In this document: positions 41,008 to 48,805 of the stretch, one piece after another | How the letters are laid out: each line of letters begins with the position of its first letter | Numbering within the stretch: position 1 is the stretch's first letter | Notes under the pieces: model-generated | Seen by the model: the letters and a program-made list of their open reading frames with translations, nothing else | Told to the model about the DNA's origin: nothing | The model's database searches: none | Program-made: the position numbers and the translations under genes | DNA from: Candidatus Falkowbacteria bacterium | GTDB lineage: Bacteria; Patescibacteriota; Patescibacteriia; Patescibacteriales; VMTK01 | Direction of reading: 5' to 3' | Length of the DNA: 64,000 bases | Assembly (NCBI GenBank): GCA_013791585.1 | Contig: VMTK01000005.1 | Location: 18,484-82,483, forward strand

Positions 41008-42198
41008 TTATAATTTAGTTCGATAATTAAACAAAAGATTAAATTTCCCCTTATCTATTTTAAGTGCTGGTGAAAGTTTAATTGCTTCTTCTATTGCGAA
41101 CATTCCGGTAGAAATACTCTTCGCCATTAAATCTACGAGGTATTGCGGATACGGCTCTCTTATTTCAGGGAAAACTATTTGTCTTTTAATGCTCAAAAGA
41201 TATTTTTCGAGCCTTGCCGTGTCTTGCGCTAATGATTTTTTAAGTTCGATTCTATATGCGGGGCCATCTTGATATGGTTTATAGTATGTAAAATAAAGTT
41301 CTGATTCTTTTCCTTTAGTAGTTAGGGGCTTAATAGCCTCTGCGAGCGCTTGATTTAATTTGTCCCTCTCCGCAATTTCTAAATTACACTTAATGTGCAA
41401 ATCATCCCAAATTTTCCTTTTTTCTTCGGTACTTTGACCCACAGATAAAGGTTTTAAATATTCGTCTTCATTTAATCCTAAAGAAAAAAACGTTTTGTCA
41501 TCAATTTTTATTTTATATTTTGATAAAAAGGCGTCAATAATATCCCTAGAAGAACTATATTTAGCTAATGCAATAATCCGGTCATCGTTGAAAGCCGCTT
41601 TAATAATATCCGGTATATCGGGGATAATTTTTTTGTAAGTTTCTTGAAGAAAATCTCGTAGGGCTTGTGCATATTCTTCTCCAACGCTATCGTCTTTTGC
41701 TGACAACATGCTATTGATTTTTAGGATAGAGGTAAAATGTGCCCCGTCCATAATTCTTATGTCATGCTCCGCATTTGCTAAAACACTTAACTCCATTAAA
41801 AACATAACCCCCTGCCCTAAACGTGCGTTTGCCTCGTCGTGTGATAAAGCTGTTTGCCATTGGTAATATTGATTTTTATCACCACCCCAGTCTTTAGTAG
41901 TGTCTTCGGTTAGTCCTTCAACGCCAACTGCTACGGCTAATAACAGATCCGATCCGGTCATTTTTTCTAAAATAAAACTCCCATCTACGGCAATAAGAGA
42001 GGTTGAATATTCTAATGTAGACAGTTTTGATAATTTACCAGAGCTTCTTAGATGATCTATCCCTTGCTTAATTGGCTCATCCTGAATATCAAACATACTG
42101 TTCATTTTTTCTACCGTTGTTGGCACGCGGTCTAAAATTTTTGCTAATAACTCGTCTGGCAAATGTGCGTAGTTTCGATTTTCTGATTGGTTCTCCAT
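41008..42198 (-). CDS. nurA: NurA-family nuclease
   Basis: LIAVDGS, IRIMDG, PYPQYLVD..AK motifs; adjacent to herA. Confidence 0.8.
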   Translation of the reverse strand: MENQSENRNYAHLPDELLAKILDRVPTTVEKMNSMFDIQDEPIKQGIDHLRSSGKLSKLSTLEYSTSLIAVDGSFILEKMTGSDLLLAVAVGVEGLTEDTTKDWGGDKNQYYQWQTALSHDEANARLGQGVMFLMELSVLANAEHDIRIMDGAHFTSILKINSMLSAKDDSVGEEYAQALRDFLQETYKKIIPDIPDIIKAAFNDDRIIALAKYSSSRDIIDAFLSKYKIKIDDKTFFSLGLNEDEYLKPLSVGQSTEEKRKIWDDLHIKCNLEIAERDKLNQALAEAIKPLTTKGKESELYFTYYKPYQDGPAYRIELKKSLAQDTARLEKYLLSIKRQIVFPEIREPYPQYLVDLMAKSISTGMFAIEEAIKLSPALKIDKGKFNLLFNYRTKL

Positions 42199-42205
42199 AT
42201 TTATT

Positions 42206-43369
42206 TCAGATATTTTTGCAAAGTTGTTTATACTTTTTCAAATCCTTGCGAGTCTGCTTAATAAACTCATCTCCTGAAAAATCACAGTATGTTTTATCTT
42301 TTTCAGCGTGTGGTATTGCCCAACGGTCTTTCCAAAATTGTGTCATCTCCGAAACATTACGATGACGCCAAACTGGTTTTTTGTTTGACTGTATTACCTC
42401 TTTCAAATTTTTTACCATTGGGAAAAGATAAACAGCTCGTTGAATTCCATGAGTAATACCATTAGCAAAACCCAATAACTGCAGAGCTTGATCTATAAGG
42501 CGCATTTTTCGTGAAGGTCCGTTGCCACATCCACGTTCCGTTTTAAAACCTCTCTTTTTAAGGTACGCAACCAAATCTTCATAAAGCACATTTGGTATGT
42601 GAAATGTCCCACTTCCCTTCGTGTAACCAATAAATTCGGAAACTAACTCTCCTTGAAACTTCAATCGATTATAAACACTACTTTTGCCGTATGCGCCCGT
42701 AGTAGTAATAAATAGCAAATTGGATGGTAGTTTTCTATCAAGCAGAACCGTTTTTTGATCTTTGTACTTTTTATGAAACTTTTTTTTAATAGTTTCTGCG
42801 GTCATTAGGAGAGCAATGAGTTTTCCGCCACGAATATCGTTATAAGGTGGCAAAGCGCCAATTCTTTGAGCGCTGAGGGATTGATTTACCCAAAAATCCC
42901 GCTTATCCGGTTTTATCCCCAAATGTTTATCTCTTGCACTCCAACTAAGTATTGGGCTTTGAAGTCCGATCAGCCCGATAGGTGCATTATGGTATTTGTC
43001 CCAGATTATAAAACGCATCTGCCATCCGTAGGCATGCTCATAAGGCAAACTCCACCAAACAATGTTCCACCAGCGAAAAAAATCTTCTTCCCGACTTCCA
43101 CTTTCAATCTCTATAATTTCTGGTTCAATTTTCGCAACATCTAAGTCTTTACCGTCAATGAGATGTTCCTGTATCATAGGAATTTTATCCAAAAGAAATT
43201 GCTCACTCGTGCTGGCCCTTTCTGCTTTAGCTAACTCGTGTACCTTGCGTTTTTCTTCTAGACCGTCATTTTTGAGCACAAAAACACCATCCGGTTTTAA
43301 TTCAAACCCCTGCCTTCGCAAAATTTTATTTACTTCTATTTTTAAATTTGTAACCGAAATGGTTTGCAT
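42206..43369 (-). CDS. DUF4338 / Druantia DruA-like protein
   Basis: WWSLPY..AYG.QMRF..WD, RD..LG, GALPPYN...GGKLIA, ITTT.AYGKSSVYNRL, GYTKGSG.FH. Confidence 0.8.
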   Translation of the reverse strand: MQTISVTNLKIEVNKILRRQGFELKPDGVFVLKNDGLEEKRKVHELAKAERASTSEQFLLDKIPMIQEHLIDGKDLDVAKIEPEIIEIESGSREEDFFRWWNIVWWSLPYEHAYGWQMRFIIWDKYHNAPIGLIGLQSPILSWSARDKHLGIKPDKRDFWVNQSLSAQRIGALPPYNDIRGGKLIALLMTAETIKKKFHKKYKDQKTVLLDRKLPSNLLFITTTGAYGKSSVYNRLKFQGELVSEFIGYTKGSGTFHIPNVLYEDLVAYLKKRGFKTERGCGNGPSRKMRLIDQALQLLGFANGITHGIQRAVYLFPMVKNLKEVIQSNKKPVWRHRNVSEMTQFWKDRWAIPHAEKDKTYCDFSGDEFIKQTRKDLKKYKQLCKNI

Positions 43370-43373
43370 AAAA

Positions 43374-44465
43374 TTACTTTACTATTATCAAAACCTCTTT
43401 TGAATTTCCGTTACTCAAAACATATTTATAATCAAGTTTTTTTATTTCAATTGATTTTTTATATTTTTTTAACATTTCTACTAATTCGTCTACCGTCGGA
43501 GTGCCGTCGTCTCGGTAAGAAACAACTAAAATTGAATCCTTAAATTTTTTAAATAATTTTTCAAACGCTTGATGAATTTCACCTTTATTGCACCACTCAT
43601 TTTTGCCATTTTTTATTTTTTTATGTTTTGATTTTTCATCAATCAAATTAGGCCATTGTTCATAAAAAACAATCCCCTCAAGAAAATGATAAAAATCAAA
43701 ATAATTAACACCTACGCCTTTTGCAGAAATGTAGGGCGTATCAATATAGATTAAATCCGCCTTAATATCTAAATCAAAAATATCGGAATGAAATATTTTA
43801 TTTTTCCTTTTGTTATCAAAAACGGCACTATTTCCTTCTTCCACAAATTTTCTAAAATGGACATCAAAAGAAGTATCCCAAGTTTTTTTATTTCCGAAAC
43901 TTCTTTCTACTTCAGCTGTTCTAATATATAAATTTTTTCTGTGAAATAAATTATAAGGTCGTTTTATTATACAAGCCTGAAATAAAGCGTAATAAGCCAA
44001 CGCTTGCTTATATTTATCTTGTATTTGACCAATGTTTGTTATAACGATATCAAGCCATTTATTTTCTTCATCAGTAAAATAAATATCATGGAAAGTATCA
44101 TAAATAAAAGTAGGATATTTAATTATTGAATGTTTTTTTAGAATAAAATCAACGTCGTCATCGTTTAAGATAATTTTAGAATTTTCAATTATAGCGAGCC
44201 CAACATAATAGTTAAATTTTAAAGAATCATTATAAAAAACTTGCTTGCCATTTTTCTTAAACATATAGCCAACACAACCAGTACCGCCAAAAGCATCAAG
44301 AACAGAATTAAATTTTAAATCTTTTGTATAGTAATCAATCCATTTAATTATTTTGTATTTACTCCCCTGATAACGCGTTGACGGCAAAACACCAGTCTTG
44401 GTGGCCAGCAAGTCGCTAAAAAGTTGCGATTGTCGTTGTTTTGTTTTCGTTATAACACTATACAT
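43374..44465 (-). CDS. D12-class N6-adenine DNA methyltransferase
   Basis: RYQGSK, DAFGGTG.V, motif IV variant YIDTPY. Confidence 0.88.
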   Translation of the reverse strand: MYSVITKTKQRQSQLFSDLLATKTGVLPSTRYQGSKYKIIKWIDYYTKDLKFNSVLDAFGGTGCVGYMFKKNGKQVFYNDSLKFNYYVGLAIIENSKIILNDDDVDFILKKHSIIKYPTFIYDTFHDIYFTDEENKWLDIVITNIGQIQDKYKQALAYYALFQACIIKRPYNLFHRKNLYIRTAEVERSFGNKKTWDTSFDVHFRKFVEEGNSAVFDNKRKNKIFHSDIFDLDIKADLIYIDTPYISAKGVGVNYFDFYHFLEGIVFYEQWPNLIDEKSKHKKIKNGKNEWCNKGEIHQAFEKLFKKFKDSILVVSYRDDGTPTVDELVEMLKKYKKSIEIKKLDYKYVLSNGNSKEVLIIVK

Positions 44466-45243
44466 TTTTTGTATTTCTATATTTTAAATAATTTCTTAAA
44501 TTTGTATATGGCGGTTTTCTTAATTTTGCACTCCGTGACATTTCCGCCGTCATATAGTTCATCCAAAAATCATCAAATATTTTTACGCCCAATTTCGAAA
44601 ATGGTCCTACACCTTCTTTGAGCTCAGAAATTTTAACGCAAGAGCCAATATTTTTTGTATTTCCACTTCCGGGGCGATCTTTGGCGATTTTATACTTTTC
44701 TTGAACAATGAAATCAAAATCTTTCACTACTGATAAAATTTCCTCTAAATCATCGATAGTGTAAACTCTATTCTCGTCGATAAGGTCTTCCTGCTGGGTA
44801 TATATAACTCCTAAAATGTAGTGTTTGCTGTATTGCTTATACGGAAATGTAATATTTTTATTTGAATCTCTAAATCTGAAATAGCCGGTAAATGCCCCTA
44901 AAGTGAACCCTGAAACATCGCCATTTTCTTTTCTGTAAGTGCTTTTTAAATCGAGAGCTATCTTCTGTTTATTTTTAGTTATAAAAGTAACATCGGGATA
45001 ATGATTTTGCTCTGTGCAAAAATGCATTTCAAAACCATTTTCCTTGGCGAACTTCAGTAAAACTGGAAACATCATCAATTCAATTATTTTAGAAACAACC
45101 TTTGTATCGACTGAAATTGTATAAATATTTTTTGCTACATCAATAAAGCCTTTGACCGTCCAATCGCCAGACGGCGTCGCCAAAATTTTGCGAAAATCTT
45201 CTGTATGTTTTAATAAACTTTTTTGAAAATAGTCTAATTTCAT
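44458..45243 (-). CDS. EcoRV-family type II restriction endonuclease
   Basis: DTKVVS.I.E, QNHYPD, IALDLKSTY, FTLG, GSGNTKNIGS, as recalled from EcoRV. Confidence 0.88.
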   Translation of the reverse strand: MKLDYFQKSLLKHTEDFRKILATPSGDWTVKGFIDVAKNIYTISVDTKVVSKIIELMMFPVLLKFAKENGFEMHFCTEQNHYPDVTFITKNKQKIALDLKSTYRKENGDVSGFTLGAFTGYFRFRDSNKNITFPYKQYSKHYILGVIYTQQEDLIDENRVYTIDDLEEILSVVKDFDFIVQEKYKIAKDRPGSGNTKNIGSCVKISELKEGVGPFSKLGVKIFDDFWMNYMTAEMSRSAKLRKPPYTNLRNYLKYRNTKNV

Positions 45244-45256
45244 AATATTAATTTTT

Positions 45257-46177
45257 TTATTTATATAATTTTTCGCAAACCTGCTTTATCAGGAACATAG
45301 CATAATCAACATCATTTTTGTTGCCTATTAAATACGAACATTGTTTCCCCCAATTATTTTCTTCCCATCTAACTTTTATCACTTTATCTTCAGGGTCTTT
45401 TAAGCCCTCCTTATCTACACCAACTATATCTAACCTTAATTTCGATTTTTGAATATGAATAGCACAAAGTAATCTTGTTTTTATTTTAAACCCTATATAA
45501 AACTTATTAAATTTTTCTTCTATGCGAGAATCCAGCGCTAATATCTTTTCGCTGATTAGCTCATACAAATAGCCAGATTCTTCCCAATCCTCCCTTAAAT
45601 GATCGGCTAATGTATATTTTTTAACCTCTCGACTAACCTGCTCAATGTTTTTATTTTTGGAAATAGTTTTTATCGATTCATTTGATTCGGCGGTTCTGAG
45701 TTGATTATATAAAATTGTGTTGTTGTCATATTTTTTTATTTCCCAGAGTTCGATAGGTAAATCTCTAAAGCTAATTGCATTCTGCTGATATGAAGTAAAA
45801 GAATTAGCTAAAAATAATATTCGTGATTGCGTCCAATCAATATTGTCTTTCTTTAAATTTTTATTAGTTCTTTCATTATATTCTAAAATAAAATCAGCCT
45901 TATTATTTAACATTAATGATAGATAAGAAAATCCCTGATCTATAACACTAAAACTTCTATCTTTTTTATATTCAATAATTACAAACGATTTGGTTTCCTC
46001 ATCAAAAGCCAACGTGTCAATTCTAAAATTATGGAGACTAAATTCTGAACTAATAAATTTATAACCAAAAACGGCCTCCAGATTATTTTCTGTCAACTTT
46101 TGTAAATCTTTTTCTAAATCAATTATAATTTCTTTAATTGATATTAATTTTTTGTCTTCAATTTTAAAGATTGGCAT
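45257..46177 (-). CDS. PD-(D/E)xK (NucS-like) plus DUF5655-like two-domain protein
   Basis: EKDLQ, RIDTLAFD....VIIEYKK, DQGFSY; C-terminal YIGFK...IHIQK and DVDYAM.LIKQ. Confidence 0.7.
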   Translation of the reverse strand: MPIFKIEDKKLISIKEIIIDLEKDLQKLTENNLEAVFGYKFISSEFSLHNFRIDTLAFDEETKSFVIIEYKKDRSFSVIDQGFSYLSLMLNNKADFILEYNERTNKNLKKDNIDWTQSRILFLANSFTSYQQNAISFRDLPIELWEIKKYDNNTILYNQLRTAESNESIKTISKNKNIEQVSREVKKYTLADHLREDWEESGYLYELISEKILALDSRIEEKFNKFYIGFKIKTRLLCAIHIQKSKLRLDIVGVDKEGLKDPEDKVIKVRWEENNWGKQCSYLIGNKNDVDYAMFLIKQVCEKLYK

Positions 46178-46181
46178 ATTT

Positions 46182-46394
46182 TTATTTAATTAAATCATCG
46201 ACGCCAACGGCAAGCGCCTTAGCGATTTTAGATAAAGTTTCTATGGTCGGGTTTTTATTCGCGCCGGATTCAATTTTAATAATGGTGTTGTAGGTGATAT
46301 CAGCCAATTTCGATAATCTGTCTTGAGAAATACCCATTTTATTGCGGTATTTCTTCATATTTTCAGCAATTGTTGATTTGTTTGTTGACGGCAT
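46182..46394 (-). CDS. XRE-family HTH regulator (controller-like)
   Basis: IAENMKKYR..GISQDRLS....YNTIIKIESG..NPTIETL.KIAKAL. Confidence 0.92.
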   Translation of the reverse strand: MPSTNKSTIAENMKKYRNKMGISQDRLSKLADITYNTIIKIESGANKNPTIETLSKIAKALAVGVDDLIK

Positions 46395-46395
46395 T

Positions 46396-46452
46396 GTAAT
46401 ATATTACTATAATTAAAGTAATAGTTATGTATCTTCGGTAATGTATTACTAT
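46396..46452. promoter_or_regulatory. Candidate XRE operators GTAATRTATTAC
   Basis: Palindromes GTAATATATTAC (46396-46407) and GTAATGTATTAC (46438-46449), with a weaker copy at 46418. Confidence 0.55.
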
Positions 46453-46541
46453 CGTATCAAAAAATAAGCATTTCGTAAACATCAAAAGGGAGTTCCTTAC
46501 AGTTGCGCGCGAACGGGTGGGCGGGTCAAGCGCAACCTAAC

Positions 46542-46827
46542 GGCGGCGCATCCCGTAACCGGGATACGAAAAATAATCTTGGCTTGAAAAAGTTTACCCG
46601 CCGAAGCCTCGGCGCAGGCGGGAGGCGGATTAGTCCGCCGTAGGCGGGAGGAAGGCGCGGCGGGCAAAAATTTCCTTTCCCCCGACCCCTTTCCCCCGCA
46701 CCAGAACAAGTTCGGTATGGGACTTCGCTTTTTGCCCGCCCGAGCGTTCAGTTTCTGCCGCGCGAAGCGCGGCAATCAGTCGGAGTTTTGTTCAAAAAAG
46801 GTTCGAGCTTCGTTCAGTAATTGCGAC
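46542..46827 (+). repeat. Long structured repeat, copy C
   Basis: Matches D in its inner part and A/B in its outer part. Confidence 0.92.
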
Positions 46828-46905
46828 CAAGTTAAACTTTTTTCAAATTCAGAGGCGAGCGAGCAATCAATCGCCTCTGAATTTGAAAAAAGTTTAACTT
46901 GGTCG
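46824..46905. repeat. Perfect 35-bp inverted repeat overlapping the tRNA-Pro 3' end
   Basis: 46824-46858 and 46871-46905, with a 12-nt loop. Confidence 0.9.
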
Positions 46906-46973
46906 GGGTACCCGGAATTGAACCGGGGTTACGCGCTCCCGAAGCGCGCGTACTACCATTATACTATACCCCG
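46900..46973 (-). tRNA. tRNA-Pro(CGG)
   Basis: CGGGGTA/TACCCCG acceptor stem, CGCGC-TTCGGGA-GCGCG anticodon arm, TTCAATT T-loop, encoded CCA. Confidence 0.95.
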
Positions 46974-46994
46974 TATCTTGGCTTAACAATTAAT

Positions 46995-47336
46995 TTATTT
47001 TTGCTTAAACAAACTGTTCAAAACATAGCTTATGGCTGACAAGACAATACTGAAGCCAAGCGCCGTGAAAAAGCCGCTTACTTCAAAACCCTTTATGATT
47101 GATGAAGCCAGCAAAATCAGCAAGCCGTTAATGACAAAAGTAAACAAGCCAAGAGTGAGAATATTGATAGGCAGTGTAAAAATTATTAAGATCGGCTTGA
47201 TAACAATATTGATAATGCCTAAAAACACCGCCAGCCATAGCGCGGCCCAAAGCCCGCTGATGCTAACTCCCGGCAGTAAATAAGCCGTGATTAAAATTGC
47301 CGCGGCTGTAATCAGCCATTTTAAAAGTATGGACAT
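46995..47336 (-). CDS. YvlD/DUF360 (holin-like) membrane protein
   Basis: IKPIL..FTLPINILTLGLF.FVING. Confidence 0.85.
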   Translation of the reverse strand: MSILLKWLITAAAILITAYLLPGVSISGLWAALWLAVFLGIINIVIKPILIIFTLPINILTLGLFTFVINGLLILLASSIIKGFEVSGFFTALGFSIVLSAISYVLNSLFKQK

Positions 47337-47357
47337 AGTTTTAAGTATTCAGGAATT

Positions 47358-47604
47358 ACGCGTTTGAATATAATTTATACGCATTTTTATATTTTGAGCA
47401 TTTATTAAAATAAGAAAAATAAGTCCCGATGTTCTGCTAATGCAGAATTCGGGATCCCGATTCGCACATCGGGAAATAAAAAGAGCAAGAAGAAAATAAG
47501 ATATTGTTTATTTTCTTATTTATCTTATTTTTCTTTTTATTGTTTGCGGAAATATTTTAGCAAATAAAAACATTAGTATTAAAAAATTCAGTATTCAAAC
47601 GCGT
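47358..47604. mobile_element. MITE-like element with ACGCGTTTGAATA terminal inverted repeats, copy 2
   Basis: Shares ends with 12006-12198; contains the CCCGATG palindrome (47411-47484). Confidence 0.6.
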
Positions 47605-47624
47605 AGATCCTATCATTAAAAAAG

Positions 47625-47846
47625 TGGACCTGAGGGGATTCGAACCCCTTACCCCCGCAACTTGCCCCGCCCCAAATTTCTGTGGACTCAGGGAGATTTG
47701 AACTCCCGGCCTCCGCAATGCGAATGCGGCGCTCTACCAACTGAGCTATGAGCCCTTGTAAAAATCATTAATTAAAATATATTTGTTAGACAACTAATTT
47801 GGGGCGGGGTGAAAATGCGATGCTCTACCAACTGAGCTACAGGCCC
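47625..47846 (-). tRNA. Interrupted outer tRNA-Ala-like gene (G3:U70) with about 149 nt inserted in the anticodon loop; anticodon undetermined
   Basis: 5' half GGGCCTGTAGCTCAGTTGGTAGAGCATCGCA (47846-47816) and 3' half TGCGGGGGTAAGGGGTTCGAATCCCCTCAGGTCCA (47659-47625) pair fully. Confidence 0.85.
47683..47755 (-). tRNA. tRNA-Ala(CGC), nested inside the outer tRNA
   Basis: GGGCTCA/TGAGTCC-A acceptor stem with G3:U70, CCGCA-TTCGCAT-TGCGG anticodon arm, 73 nt. Confidence 0.95.
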
Positions 47847-47915
47847 TTTTGAATTTTCGATTTTAGATTTTAAATTTTCGATTAAAACTTTAAAATAAAA
47901 ATCTTATTAATCATA

Positions 47916-47985
47916 TAAACCCCGCACCTTTTGAGCAGTTGTTTTTCTGCATCAAAGATGCTCTGCTCAAAAGGTGCGGGGTTTA
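47916..47985. repeat. CCCCGCACCTTTT palindromic element with 23-bp perfect arms
   Basis: TAAACCCCGCACCTTTTGAGCAG / CTGCTCAAAAGGTGCGGGGTTTA. Confidence 0.9.
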
Positions 47986-48001
47986 CATGATTTCTGTGAT
48001 G

Positions 48002-48721
48002 CTATTTTGCCAGCTCCATACTTTCAACCACCACATCCTCAATCGGATGATCTTGCTCATTAACCTCAACGGCTTCAATTTTTTCCACTATGTCCATGCC
48101 CTCAACAACATAGCCGAAATTAGTGTGCTTGTTGTCCAGCCATGGAGTCGCTTCACTGGTGACAATAAAAAATTGCGAGCCGTTGGTGTTAGGTCCGGAA
48201 TTCGCCATGGCCAAGCTTCCGCGAACTAATTTATGGCTGTTAAATTCATCTTGAAAACTGTAGCCCGGACCGCCCGTGCCGTCATTTGACCAATCATCGT
48301 CTTTGCTGTTCGGATCACCGCCTTGAATCATAAAATCCTTCATTACTCTATGAAATTTCGTGTTATTGTAAAATCCTATTTTAGCCAGATTTAAAAAATT
48401 ATTCACGGTTAACGGAGATTCCTGCCCGTAAAATTCCACTTTTATGTCGCCAAAATTAGTTTTGATAATCGCTTGATTGAATTCAGCGATTAAATTTTCC
48501 AGCTGAACCTGCTGCTGAGTTTGTTCGTCTGGCGCGGCGCTTGATTGTGTTTTTGCGGCCTGATTATTTTTTGTGTCATTAATTTTCTCCACGACATCGC
48601 TGTCGTCATAAGCGGAAGAATCGCTTGGAATATTTTTTTCATTCATAACTTTTTTTTGCGGAGCGGAAGAGCACCCTGTAATTAAAATTAATAAACTGAA
48701 TAATAATAAAAAAATCTTCAT
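48002..48721 (-). CDS. Cyclophilin-type peptidyl-prolyl isomerase, lipoprotein
   Basis: Lipobox ITGC; FHRV..FMIQGGDP, LAMANSGPNTNGSQFFI, WLD.KHT.FG. Confidence 0.93.
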   Translation of the reverse strand: MKIFLLLFSLLILITGCSSAPQKKVMNEKNIPSDSSAYDDSDVVEKINDTKNNQAAKTQSSAAPDEQTQQQVQLENLIAEFNQAIIKTNFGDIKVEFYGQESPLTVNNFLNLAKIGFYNNTKFHRVMKDFMIQGGDPNSKDDDWSNDGTGGPGYSFQDEFNSHKLVRGSLAMANSGPNTNGSQFFIVTSEATPWLDNKHTNFGYVVEGMDIVEKIEAVEVNEQDHPIEDVVVESMELAK

Positions 48722-48805
48722 AAAAATTCACTTTAATTAATAGTTATAAAGTTATATTGTTATGCGTTATGCGTTATGCGTTATGAGTTATGCGTTACGC
48801 GAAAA

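Larger units (their letters stand above)
32571..46827. mobile_element. Genomic island beside tRNA-Pro, made of two inverted-repeat-bounded units (about 32571-35861 and 35903-46827); no integrase or transposase seen
   Basis: Four related structured repeats, accessory and defence cargo, and position at the 3' end of a tRNA. Confidence 0.75.

Noticed and set aside
32571-46827. The island as a classical integron
   Set aside because: No intI, and the repeats are in inverted pairs rather than one direct attC per gene.
32495-46986. ORFs overlapping the island repeats (32495-32847, 35546-35889, 35931-36131, 46497-46986)
   Set aside because: They are translations of the GC-rich repeats in several frames and on both strands, with no protein motifs.
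25943-47336. A prophage suggested by the SLT, holin-like and XRE genes
   Set aside because: No terminase, capsid, tail or integrase genes; the genes are dispersed and have common cellular homologs.
47660-47815. The tRNA insert as a group I/II intron or an archaeal BHB intron
   Set aside because: It is only about 149 nt and half of it is a tRNA, leaving no room for a ribozyme core; the junctions do not form a clear bulge-helix-bulge.
40842-47846. The outer tRNA as an ochre suppressor (TTA after excision) reading through the herA TAA
   Set aside because: It is only one of several possible excision registers, no mechanism is evident, and most genes here end in TAA, so suppression would be costly.
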